Shown piece by piece: positions 1-6,999 of a stretch of DNA of 48,047 bases. Position 1 is the stretch's first letter. Each line of letters opens with the position of its first letter. Source of the stretch: a virus. The stretch lies in the UHGV virus genome UHGV-1377581. One strand, 5' to 3'. The position numbers and the translations under genes are program-made. The notes under the pieces were generated by a model. That model was not told the DNA's origin. It saw nothing but the letters and a program-made list of their open reading frames with translations, and did not search any database.

Positions 1-77
1 TGCCGAAGATGGAGGAATTAGGCTTTATCTGCGTGATGGATTCCGAAGTCTTTATCAACCCGTCGTTCATGAGGTAA
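1..77 (+). CDS. 3' end of P-loop replication protein (in-frame continuation of the ORF that runs off the window end at 48047)
   Basis: Open frame from base 3 to TAA at 75-77. Codon phase matches the truncated ORF 46556..48047. Confidence 0.5.
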   Translation, partial: PKMEELGFICVMDSEVFINPSFMR

Positions 78-79
78 TT

Positions 80-622
80 ATGTCGAGAGCAAAAGTTAGC
101 ACGATGGAAGACGTCTCCGAGTTCCGGAGACTATTTAGCTATAGTGATGGAAAGTTGTTTTGGAAGGTTAGCCCATGCAATCGGGTGAAGGTTGGCAATG
201 AGGCTGGCGGCGAGAATAGTAACGGGTATGTGGTAATAAAGATTAGAGGTGTATTTCGCAAGGCTCACCGGATTATATGGGAGATGCATAAAGGGCCAAT
301 ACCCGAAGGTATGGAGATTGACCACAAAAACCAGATTCGCAATGATAACAGGATCGAAAACTTGCGCTTGGTAAGCAGTAAGGGTAACAAAAAGAACACG
401 ACAAGGCGATGCGACAACTCAAGCGGCGTGACTGGAGTTTATTGGTTCAAGAGAGAATGCAAGTGGAAAGTTCAGATAAAGGTTGACGGAAAGCAAAGGC
501 ACCTGGGTCTATTCGACAACTTAGATGATGCGGTTACGGCCAGAAAGGCTGCGGAGCGTCAATATGGCTTCCATGAAAATCACGGCAATGAAAAGGTGGT
601 TGGTTATGGCGTTTCTTCTTGA
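80..622 (+). CDS. HNH homing endonuclease with AP2-like DNA-binding domain
   Basis: HNH motif region (HRIIWEMHKGPIPEGMEIDHKNQIRNDNRIENLRL) followed by an AP2-like segment (SGVTGVYW...KWKVQIKVDGKQRHLGLFD). ATG at 80. Confidence 0.8.
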   Translation: MSRAKVSTMEDVSEFRRLFSYSDGKLFWKVSPCNRVKVGNEAGGENSNGYVVIKIRGVFRKAHRIIWEMHKGPIPEGMEIDHKNQIRNDNRIENLRLVSSKGNKKNTTRRCDNSSGVTGVYWFKRECKWKVQIKVDGKQRHLGLFDNLDDAVTARKAAERQYGFHENHGNEKVVGYGVSS

Positions 623-1070
623 TGTATACCGATTCTGCGAGTCACGTAAAGAATTCAACCGACAGGATCTTGCGAGGTTCGTGTATTCACACAGAGAGAG
701 TGATAGGATTGCAAATGCGGCGAATGTCACTCGCAGAATATTTGCGTCAATGGTCTCTAAGGAGTTTTTGGCGCGAAGCTATACGAATGGATACCTTGAC
801 GGAAAAAACGGCGCTGTGTGGTGTACGGGGCCGGATAACAGGGAAATAGGCTTTGATTTCCGGTCGTTCGATGGGATGGATAACAGATATATGTGGGAGA
901 TGATGCACCTTGACCAACTCAGTGATGAACAGCTTTTCGGGAAACCAGGTGGAAGATCTGATAACGGAAGTTCACAGGCTTGTTTGCGTGAAACAGATCA
1001 CACCAGAAAATTACTTGCGTGCCGCGCTCATCTTGCTCTATCAAGGAATGGCCGCAACCAACACGGTTGA
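525..1070 (+). CDS. hypothetical protein (start uncertain; possibly one frameshifted gene together with ORF 910..1128)
   Basis: Six-frame ORF. The C-terminal 40 aa are low complexity, while a second frame (910..1128) gives a sensible protein ending right at a terminator. Confidence 0.3.
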   Translation: MMRLRPERLRSVNMASMKITAMKRWLVMAFLLDVYRFCESRKEFNRQDLARFVYSHRESDRIANAANVTRRIFASMVSKEFLARSYTNGYLDGKNGAVWCTGPDNREIGFDFRSFDGMDNRYMWEMMHLDQLSDEQLFGKPGGRSDNGSSQACLRETDHTRKLLACRAHLALSRNGRNQHG

Positions 1071-1128
1071 ACATGGTCTTAACGATGAGGACGGAGTAGC
1101 GCTATTGCACGTCAAGCGGTACATATAG
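910..1128 (+). CDS. hypothetical protein / distal part of a frameshifted gene
   Basis: ORF ends immediately before the bidirectional terminator at 1134-1157. Confidence 0.3.
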   Translation: MTNSVMNSFSGNQVEDLITEVHRLVCVKQITPENYLRAALILLYQGMAATNTVEHGLNDEDGVALLHVKRYI

Positions 1129-1133
1129 AAAAA

Positions 1134-1157
1134 GGGGCATTACGCCCCTTTGTTTTT
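1134..1157. terminator. bidirectional rho-independent terminator (GGGGCattaCGCCCC flanked by A/T runs)
   Basis: GC hairpin with a T-tract on plus and an A-tract upstream. Convergent gene ends. Confidence 0.6.
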
Positions 1158-1565
1158 TCGCTCCCGCCAAAGGCTGAACGCACCGATCGCCAGCATTACT
1201 ACCCCAACACCACCAATCAGCCACGGAATAAGGCTTCCGCTTTCATCATTCCGGATCTCGATCTTCTCCGCCGTAATCTGGTTCGCGTGAATGCTGGATG
1301 TCGTCACCGCCTTTTTGTTGGAAGTGTCAACCTTGCCAACTGCAGATTCTTTGAAGGTCGTTTCCTGCTTGCTGGACGTGTCTGTTTTGTTCGTCACGCC
1401 AACCGCCTGTTTCACGTTCTCCGCACCGACTTGCGCCGTCATATCCGGCTTGCTGCCCACCAGATCGGAAAGGATCGGGACGCTGGAAGCGCAACCGGAA
1501 ACCAGTGCAACCGCCCACACGATGAAGCCGATTGCCAATGCTCGCTGAAAATTTAAGCTACTCAT
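1140..1565 (-). CDS. unimolecular spanin (u-spanin, T1 gp11-like)
   Basis: N-terminal lipoprotein signal with lipobox LVSGC, C-terminal transmembrane segment (LIPWLIGGVGVVMLAIGAFSLW). Last gene of the lysis cassette, start overlaps the endolysin stop. Confidence 0.65.
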   Translation of the reverse strand: MSSLNFQRALAIGFIVWAVALVSGCASSVPILSDLVGSKPDMTAQVGAENVKQAVGVTNKTDTSSKQETTFKESAVGKVDTSNKKAVTTSSIHANQITAEKIEIRNDESGSLIPWLIGGVGVVMLAIGAFSLWRERKNKGA

Positions 1566-2044
1566 TTTAGATCCTTAATGCACAGATTGAATTCCTGATC
1601 TCGGCGATTATGCAGGCCGCGCGATTTTTCCATCTTGCCCGTTTTCGGGTTGCGATAGTACGTCCAGCGGTAAAGCTGTTCGCACGCCTCATATAGCCGC
1701 CCCTGGTTCGTCAACTTCAGCATTGTGCTGCCGGAGTATGCGCCGCCGCCAGCGTTGAAAGTGAAGCTGTACATCGACGCCCTGAAGGTGTCCGGCACGG
1801 CCACTTTGATTTTGCTGTCAACCACACGCTTTGCGACTTGGATGTGCTTCTCCAAAAGTGCATCGCACTCTGACCGGGTATAGGTTTTCCCCTTGATTAC
1901 GTCCGGCCCTGTGATGCCTTCGCATACCGTCGAAACGCCAGCGATATCGGTATAAACTTTGTATTTCGTGTCCTCCACTTTCGGGAGGAAGGCGACAGCG
2001 ATCGCCATCGCCGCCGCGAATGTAACCCGCGTTTTAATCCCCAT
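1562..2044 (-). CDS. SAR endolysin, T4-type lysozyme (GH24 muramidase)
   Basis: N-terminal signal-anchor-release helix (VTFAAAMAIAVAFL) followed by the E...D...T catalytic triad region (CEGITGPDVIKGKTYT). Confidence 0.85.
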   Translation of the reverse strand: MGIKTRVTFAAAMAIAVAFLPKVEDTKYKVYTDIAGVSTVCEGITGPDVIKGKTYTRSECDALLEKHIQVAKRVVDSKIKVAVPDTFRASMYSFTFNAGGGAYSGSTMLKLTNQGRLYEACEQLYRWTYYRNPKTGKMEKSRGLHNRRDQEFNLCIKDLK

Positions 2045-2045
2045 G

Positions 2046-2270
2046 TTATTTACTCCTGATCTTCACCGCAGTTTTGATATCCCCTGCTTCCAGCGCTTCA
2101 CGCAGCGCCTTTGAATCTCGCCAGCGCAACCACGCGCCGAATGAGCCGAATAGAATCATGAAAAATAAACCAATGGCCGCAATGATAAGTTGCCCGGTCG
2201 CAGAGCCTGCGAGGGTAACACCGCCGCTACCATTGGTTGCCGCGTTGATGAATTCCCGCATGATATGCAA
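2046..2270 (-). CDS. holin (likely pinholin partner of the SAR endolysin)
   Basis: 74 aa, hydrophobic transmembrane segment(s), charged C-terminus, immediately upstream of the endolysin. Confidence 0.6.
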   Translation of the reverse strand: MHIMREFINAATNGSGGVTLAGSATGQLIIAAIGLFFMILFGSFGAWLRWRDSKALREALEAGDIKTAVKIRSK

Positions 2271-2321
2271 CCTCTGTTAGTTAAGTGATAATGCGATGAT
2301 ATATGCGTTGGGCCAAATAAA

Positions 2322-2350
2322 GAACAAAAAAAAGGGAACCTGTTAAGGCT
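2322..2350 (-). terminator. rho-independent terminator after the kinase gene
   Basis: Minus-strand hairpin GGGAGCC-TTAACA-GGTTCCC followed by T8. Confidence 0.55.
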
Positions 2351-2395
2351 CCCAAAGTTTAAGGCGGTGATAATAAAGGCATTACGTAGAGAATA

Positions 2396-2968
2396 TTAAT
2401 ACCCTTCGAAAACCATATCAAGGATTTTTTGCGCGTCGTCTTCCGGCTCGCCAGTCGTCATATCAAAATCGAATTCGTGATAAGTTTCGCAAATCAGATC
2501 CGGTCGGCTAATATGCTTGCGGCTATCACTCTCGAAAGTCATGCCGTCACGATGTAGGCGAACGACAAAGACGTTTACGCTATCGTGCGCCGCGATGTGC
2601 TCTACTTCTTCGTCAAATCCGCCGTCGCTGACGACGCAACTAACAGGCGAATTCACGACGGAATCGCAAAGCAACTTGCCGAACTGCTTTTTGCCTAACG
2701 TCGGCTTTACGAAATTTTCGCTAATGTGAATCAGGAATTCACGCGGCGAGCGGTCGCCTAAAAAGTCGCACTTTACTTCTTTCCGGCTGCGGTCGTGGTA
2801 GCGGACAGCGAAGCGCCTAAAGTCAATATTACCCAGCATAGAACGCGCAATGTCAAACATCGGTGATTTGAAACTCAGGATCTTATAGTCCCACTTTCGG
2901 GCGATGATTTCCGCGATGGTGTCTTTTCCGATACCCGGTGCGCCGTTGAGGATGATTACATTTTTCAT
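2396..2968 (-). CDS. P-loop kinase (polynucleotide 5'-kinase-like)
   Basis: Walker A motif GAPGIGKDT at the N-terminus. Its ATG overlaps (ATGA) the stop of the upstream HAD phosphatase. Confidence 0.65.
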   Translation of the reverse strand: MKNVIILNGAPGIGKDTIAEIIARKWDYKILSFKSPMFDIARSMLGNIDFRRFAVRYHDRSRKEVKCDFLGDRSPREFLIHISENFVKPTLGKKQFGKLLCDSVVNSPVSCVVSDGGFDEEVEHIAAHDSVNVFVVRLHRDGMTFESDSRKHISRPDLICETYHEFDFDMTTGEPEDDAQKILDMVFEGY

Positions 2969-3453
2969 TTGTCTACTCCGTGTGATTTTAAATGATCGTG
3001 AAGATTGTCGCCGTAGTCGCAGACCTGGTAAGTCGTGATCCCCAGGCCGCGCAAGTGCGCAATAACATTGGGGGAATCATCCCACGCTGCAATAATGCGA
3101 TCAAGTCCGATTTTGCGTAACTCCTCCTCCTTGATTACCGTGTCTTTACGGTTATCGCTGGCGCGGCGCATGATTAGGCTGTCATATTTCACCCCGTAGC
3201 GGTCAAGCCAAATCATTGTTTCGGTCTTCACCTCATCGGATCGGCCAGTCAGGATGATAACGGTCATTCCGGAACGATAAAGCGCATTCGCTATATCAAT
3301 GGTGCTTTGGATTGGGCTGTCGCCAATTGACGCGCCATTAAATTCGCTCCAACTTTCTGTAAGGTGGAGATCTTTTTTCGGCAGCAGGTGCAAGCGGTGG
3401 GTTCCGTCGGAAAGCGTGCCATCGAGATCGAAAATACAGATATTTCTATTCAT
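2965..3453 (-). CDS. HAD-family 3'-phosphatase (T4 Pnk C-terminal-domain-like)
   Basis: DxDGT motif (FDLDGTLSD). Clear similarity to the T4 polynucleotide kinase phosphatase domain, including the GRSDE...KEEELRKIG segment. Confidence 0.75.
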   Translation of the reverse strand: MNRNICIFDLDGTLSDGTHRLHLLPKKDLHLTESWSEFNGASIGDSPIQSTIDIANALYRSGMTVIILTGRSDEVKTETMIWLDRYGVKYDSLIMRRASDNRKDTVIKEEELRKIGLDRIIAAWDDSPNVIAHLRGLGITTYQVCDYGDNLHDHLKSHGVDK

Positions 3454-3490
3454 CGGTTTTCCTTGTTGGCCCCTCGCGGGGCCGTTGTGG

Positions 3491-4621
3491 TTACATGTTA
3501 GGACGGTAGATAAAGCGGCCTACTTCGCCATATTCTTTGCTGTACAGAATAACCGCCGCCTGGCGGTATGAACGCCATCCGCCGCGTGCGGCGTAGGCAT
3601 CTTTTGCGCCTAACTGGCCATGCACTTCGTCAATGCCTAACGAGTGTTCCGTTACAGTCTGGTGATGCCAGTGGCCGGAATGCGTGTAAATGTAGTCGCA
3701 CTGGCCGAACTCCTTACGGAAGTCGGTAGCCATCGCAGCAAGGCGCGTTTCCGGCTTTTTCATCGTGTGGCCATGCGTATAGCCCAGCATGGTTTTGCCC
3801 CACAAGGTGCGATGCAGGATCGCCGGGCTAACATCAACAAAAACGCGAGGCTCATTCTCATAGAACGCCGCCAGCGCTGCGCGTAGCCAGATCATCCCAG
3901 CCTGGTCGTGGTTGCCTTCAATCACCTGCACTTCAACTTCTGCATGATTGTTAAGCAGTAGCGACACTGCGCGACGCAGCGAACGAATGGCAACATAAAC
4001 AAGTTTTGCGTATCGGCTGTCCTGATCGAGAACGTGACCGCTTGCCGGGGTTACTGCGTCCAGTCCGTCACTGTGAAGGAAGTCACCACCGACCAACAAA
4101 ACCGCCTTTTGTGATTGCGGGGCCACCGAAACGGAATAATCAAAGAAGCGGTTTAGAACCTTCTCTGCCGTGCTGGTATCATAGTTCTCGCCGCATTCAT
4201 GCTTATGCGCCATTGCCCCAATATGCAGGTCGAAGATCGGGTACAGGGCAAGCTGATCTTCAATGTAGAACTTCGATTCATCAAGCGGTTGCGGTTCGGC
4301 TCGCGGAAGGTCTTCGCAGAAAGCCGCCTGCGCTGCCTCCATAAGCGCAACCATGCGATCGCGGTCTACTTCCGACTTGACCCACCGAACGACCTCGGAG
4401 CCGTCCGCGCGAATCATCGTCGACGTGCCTTTGACGCCGAAGCCGTCCGGGATATGCTTCGCAACGTGGGCGTTTCCGTGTAGGTGTCCTTGTCGCGCCA
4501 GGCGAACGCCGCGACGTTCAACGCTTCGAATGTTCATGCCGAACTCTTCCGCGATCTCGCGGTAGGTCTTGCCTTCCTCGCGGGCGGCTAAAAATTCTTC
4601 GTCTGTGATTTTAGGTTGCAT
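3491..4621 (-). CDS. HTH domain fused to calcineurin-like metallophosphoesterase
   Basis: N-terminal HTH (KTYREIAEEFGMNIRSVERRGVRLARQG) plus phosphoesterase motifs GDFLHSDG, GNHD and HSGHWHH. Confidence 0.7.
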   Translation of the reverse strand: MQPKITDEEFLAAREEGKTYREIAEEFGMNIRSVERRGVRLARQGHLHGNAHVAKHIPDGFGVKGTSTMIRADGSEVVRWVKSEVDRDRMVALMEAAQAAFCEDLPRAEPQPLDESKFYIEDQLALYPIFDLHIGAMAHKHECGENYDTSTAEKVLNRFFDYSVSVAPQSQKAVLLVGGDFLHSDGLDAVTPASGHVLDQDSRYAKLVYVAIRSLRRAVSLLLNNHAEVEVQVIEGNHDQAGMIWLRAALAAFYENEPRVFVDVSPAILHRTLWGKTMLGYTHGHTMKKPETRLAAMATDFRKEFGQCDYIYTHSGHWHHQTVTEHSLGIDEVHGQLGAKDAYAARGGWRSYRQAAVILYSKEYGEVGRFIYRPNM

Positions 4622-4624
4622 AAT

Positions 4625-4702
4625 TTATCCCAATTGAATTGCGTAGTTAAAGATTGCGATCGTAAACAGGATCGCCGTAAATAAGATCGCAATATATCGC
4701 AT
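4625..4702 (-). CDS. 25-aa hydrophobic micro-ORF (MRYIAILFTAILFTIAIFNYAIQLG) upstream of the phosphoesterase gene
   Basis: Strong SD GGAGGTG 6 nt before the ATG. Its stop lies 3 nt before the ATG of the next gene. Single predicted transmembrane helix. Confidence 0.35.
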   Translation of the reverse strand: MRYIAILFTAILFTIAIFNYAIQLG

Positions 4703-4716
4703 TCTTCACCTCCCCG

Positions 4717-4968
4717 CTACTTGTAATATTTCTTCTGCTGCTTAGACTCGTGGATGAACATCTTCAGCGCGTCTGCCTCCGCTCGCGTTGCCACTGCTAT
4801 TCGCGTGCGCTTCACCGGGCGCTCGTGTAGATAGGTGAGCTTCCCACCAAAAATAATTGATATATCTTTGATATCGAAATACCTTGCGATCTTCACGATA
4901 TCATCACTTATTCCAGCTTCTTTTGCGTGCTGCCATACGGCAGCGCGACCAGTCTCGACAATCATCAT
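4717..4968 (-). CDS. hypothetical protein
   Basis: ORF, overlaps the next gene by 4 nt. Confidence 0.5.
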   Translation of the reverse strand: MMIVETGRAAVWQHAKEAGISDDIVKIARYFDIKDISIIFGGKLTYLHERPVKRTRIAVATRAEADALKMFIHESKQQKKYYK

Positions 4969-5201
4969 TCGTCACCGTAAATGCAAAAACCTTCGGCCAT
5001 TTGCTCATACATGGCCACACTTTCCAGGCCGTACCCGGCGCGAAAATAAATCTCACCGACCACACCATCAAGGCCATTATCTGAAGGGTTCGCCATGTAG
5101 TCGGCCATGCACAGGCGAGAAAGGTTAACCAGGTGGCGCGATACAACTTGCGCTTTTGCTGGCACGATCTTGATGGTGTCTGCAATGGTTTTGGTTTTCA
5201 T
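4965..5201 (-). CDS. hypothetical protein
   Basis: ORF preceded by a cassette element and the leader CCAATCAGGAGC. Confidence 0.55.
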   Translation of the reverse strand: MKTKTIADTIKIVPAKAQVVSRHLVNLSRLCMADYMANPSDNGLDGVVGEIYFRAGYGLESVAMYEQMAEGFCIYGDE

Positions 5202-5274
5202 GGCGTTTGCTCCTGATTGGTTGATGGTGTAATAATACCCGCACGCGGCGGGTATTGTTTAGCAATTAGTGCTG
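5202..5274 (-). promoter_or_regulatory. intergenic cassette E1 (palindrome cAGCAC-TAAT-TGCTA, hairpin ACCCGC/GCGGGT, TATTAT, leader)
   Basis: Matches the repeated tripartite element. 22-bp spacer. Confidence 0.5.
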
Positions 5275-5502
5275 TTTTGCGAAATACTCCGCGCCTTCAT
5301 GCGATTTAAATTCAATCAATTCTCGTTCAAGAATTTCTGGCCAGTCAGCGACCGGGGTTCCGTTGTCCATGAACTCCATGTAGGTTCCGTCGATGGTGTC
5401 AGCAAAGGCTAACTTTTCCTCATCCGTCCCAATGAAGCCGTATTTGTCCAGCAATTCAACCACGATCCGAAGATACTCGGTGAAAGATTCTATCTGTTCC
5501 AT
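5266..5502 (-). CDS. hypothetical highly acidic protein
   Basis: 78 aa, about 25% Asp+Glu. Confidence 0.55.
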   Translation of the reverse strand: MEQIESFTEYLRIVVELLDKYGFIGTDEEKLAFADTIDGTYMEFMDNGTPVADWPEILERELIEFKSHEGAEYFAKQH

Positions 5503-5505
5503 TTT

Positions 5506-6237
5506 TCAGATCCCACGTTTGCGCATACGCTTTTTAGCTAATGACGGGCAAATCTCGCTTACCGGAATGTAAAGCGTCTTTTGCTCCTCGCCCGGCTTGA
5601 GTTTGCGCATGATGAAAATCACGCTGCCCTTGTTGTTGTTGTCGACTGGTTTACCGCTTAGGCCGTTGATGAAGGCCAGGAGACCGGATCGGCTTAGTTG
5701 CGTTCCGTCTTCATCCTCCGTGACGTCTGCGACAATCCAAATGATCTCAGCCGCTGCCTTCTGTGCGTCGCGGAACCACGCCGTAGAGTTGTCGCCGGGA
5801 AGCAAAATATCGATCTGGTTGTCATGCTCCATCTGCTCAATGGCTTTCAGCACGAAGGGATCCGGGAACGAGTAAGGCGGGTTAAGCCATACGTGCTTAT
5901 TTTTCCCCCACCAGCGCTTGAGACAATCGGTCTTTTCGTCGTAAAACTTCCGGCAGACGGTGTTGCTTTCTTCGGCGGCGGCGTCAAGATCGTAAGGGCC
6001 ATAACGCTCTTCCATGTATGCGATCAGGCTGCGATCGGTCGCCCACTTATCGCGCACGATATCTGGCGTTTTGCTCCCGGCGTATCGGTTGCCTGTTACC
6101 TGGTAAAACTTGTCTGGCCTGACAGCCTGATAGTGTCCGCCAGTAGCAAGGGCATTGCCAATAAACGTTTCGCGCTCCAATTGCTCAAACGTGATGAATG
6201 CGTCACGAGTGTCTTTGTCTGTGATATCTTTTGCCAT
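5506..6237 (-). CDS. dam: DNA N6-adenine methyltransferase (phage Dam family)
   Basis: NPPY motif (WLNPPYSFPDPF). Typical phage Dam length. Confidence 0.85.
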   Translation of the reverse strand: MAKDITDKDTRDAFITFEQLERETFIGNALATGGHYQAVRPDKFYQVTGNRYAGSKTPDIVRDKWATDRSLIAYMEERYGPYDLDAAAEESNTVCRKFYDEKTDCLKRWWGKNKHVWLNPPYSFPDPFVLKAIEQMEHDNQIDILLPGDNSTAWFRDAQKAAAEIIWIVADVTEDEDGTQLSRSGLLAFINGLSGKPVDNNNKGSVIFIMRKLKPGEEQKTLYIPVSEICPSLAKKRMRKRGI

Positions 6238-6239
6238 TA

Positions 6240-6518
6240 TTATTTAACCTCGCAGGTTAAGGTATTATGAAAAGCGCTCACACTAACATCAATGGTGTTT
6301 TTGTTGACTACATAATGAGCGTACCCGAAAGGAGTAAGCAGTTTATATTGATTTTCGCCAGCGCCATCAATTATAACGCCAGAGTTTTCACCCTTGACAA
6401 CTTTCATATATTTGCTAGTTACCTCGAACGCCTCACGACCGCAATCATATGTTTTCGGTTTTTCGCTGCAACCAATAAGACCAAGAGACAGAACAACTAA
6501 AGCCAGCATCTTTTTCAT
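6240..6518 (-). CDS. small lipoprotein, Cor-like superinfection-exclusion candidate
   Basis: Signal peptide plus lipobox LIGC. Real start placed at the ATG with SD GGAGTG (the ORF track extends it to 6527). Confidence 0.5.
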   Translation of the reverse strand: MKKMLALVVLSLGLIGCSEKPKTYDCGREAFEVTSKYMKVVKGENSGVIIDGAGENQYKLLTPFGYAHYVVNKNTIDVSVSAFHNTLTCEVK

Positions 6519-6527
6519 TTTCAACAC

Positions 6528-6597
6528 TCCGTTCTTCGTTTCGATGGGGTAATAATACCCGGCTTTCGCCGGGCGGTTTTAACAAAAAGTGCTATTT
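6528..6597 (-). promoter_or_regulatory. intergenic cassette E2 (TAGCAC-TTTT-TGTTA, hairpin CCGGC-GAAA-GCCGG, TATTAT, CCCCATCGAAAC)
   Basis: Repeated element. The TAG is the stop of the VRR-NUC gene. Confidence 0.55.
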
Positions 6598-6999
6598 GAT
6601 GGCATCGCAGAAAGCGATCTTGAATTGCTCGAAGCCATAGGCCACGGCGGCGAATCCGCCGCGACGGCGAACGGCAGCAAGGAATTCCCTTTGCTCCTTG
6701 CTCACTGGTGACGCCTGCGCCTTACCCTGGCGCTTTAGCTCGATGGCCGCGAACGGGTATTTGCCGCCGAACCCAATCAGGATCAGAATGTCGCTAACGC
6801 CCTTCAGCAACCCCATTTGATGATCGATAACCGCGCTCGCCTTGTGCTTGCTGCCTTCATTGACTGTATGCCAGAACAGATAATCAGGGTATTCGTGCCG
6901 CAGCCACGAAACGCTATTCATCTGATCGATTTTCTCAAGCGGGCAAGCCTTTACAGGCCCGCCGTAGTATTCGAGATAATCACCTTTATCAGTAATCAC
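6592..6999 (-). CDS. VRR-NUC domain nuclease
   Basis: PD-(D/E)XK-type VRR-NUC signature region (ILILIGFGGKYPFAAIELKRQGK). GTG start overlapping the helicase stop. Confidence 0.55.
   Translation of the reverse strand: MITDKGDYLEYYGGPVKACPLEKIDQMNSVSWLRHEYPDYLFWHTVNEGSKHKASAVIDHQMGLLKGVSDILILIGFGGKYPFAAIELKRQGKAQASPVSKEQREFLAAVRRRGGFAAVAYGFEQFKIAFCDAIK

Noticed and set aside
5698-6270. 190-aa plus-strand ORF and other long antisense ORFs (e.g. 26021..26644, 28994..29731, 24667..25128, 17348..17791)
   Set aside because: They lie entirely inside well-supported genes on the opposite strand (dam, major tail, MCP, tape measure, J). They have no RBS and show composition typical of shadow ORFs.
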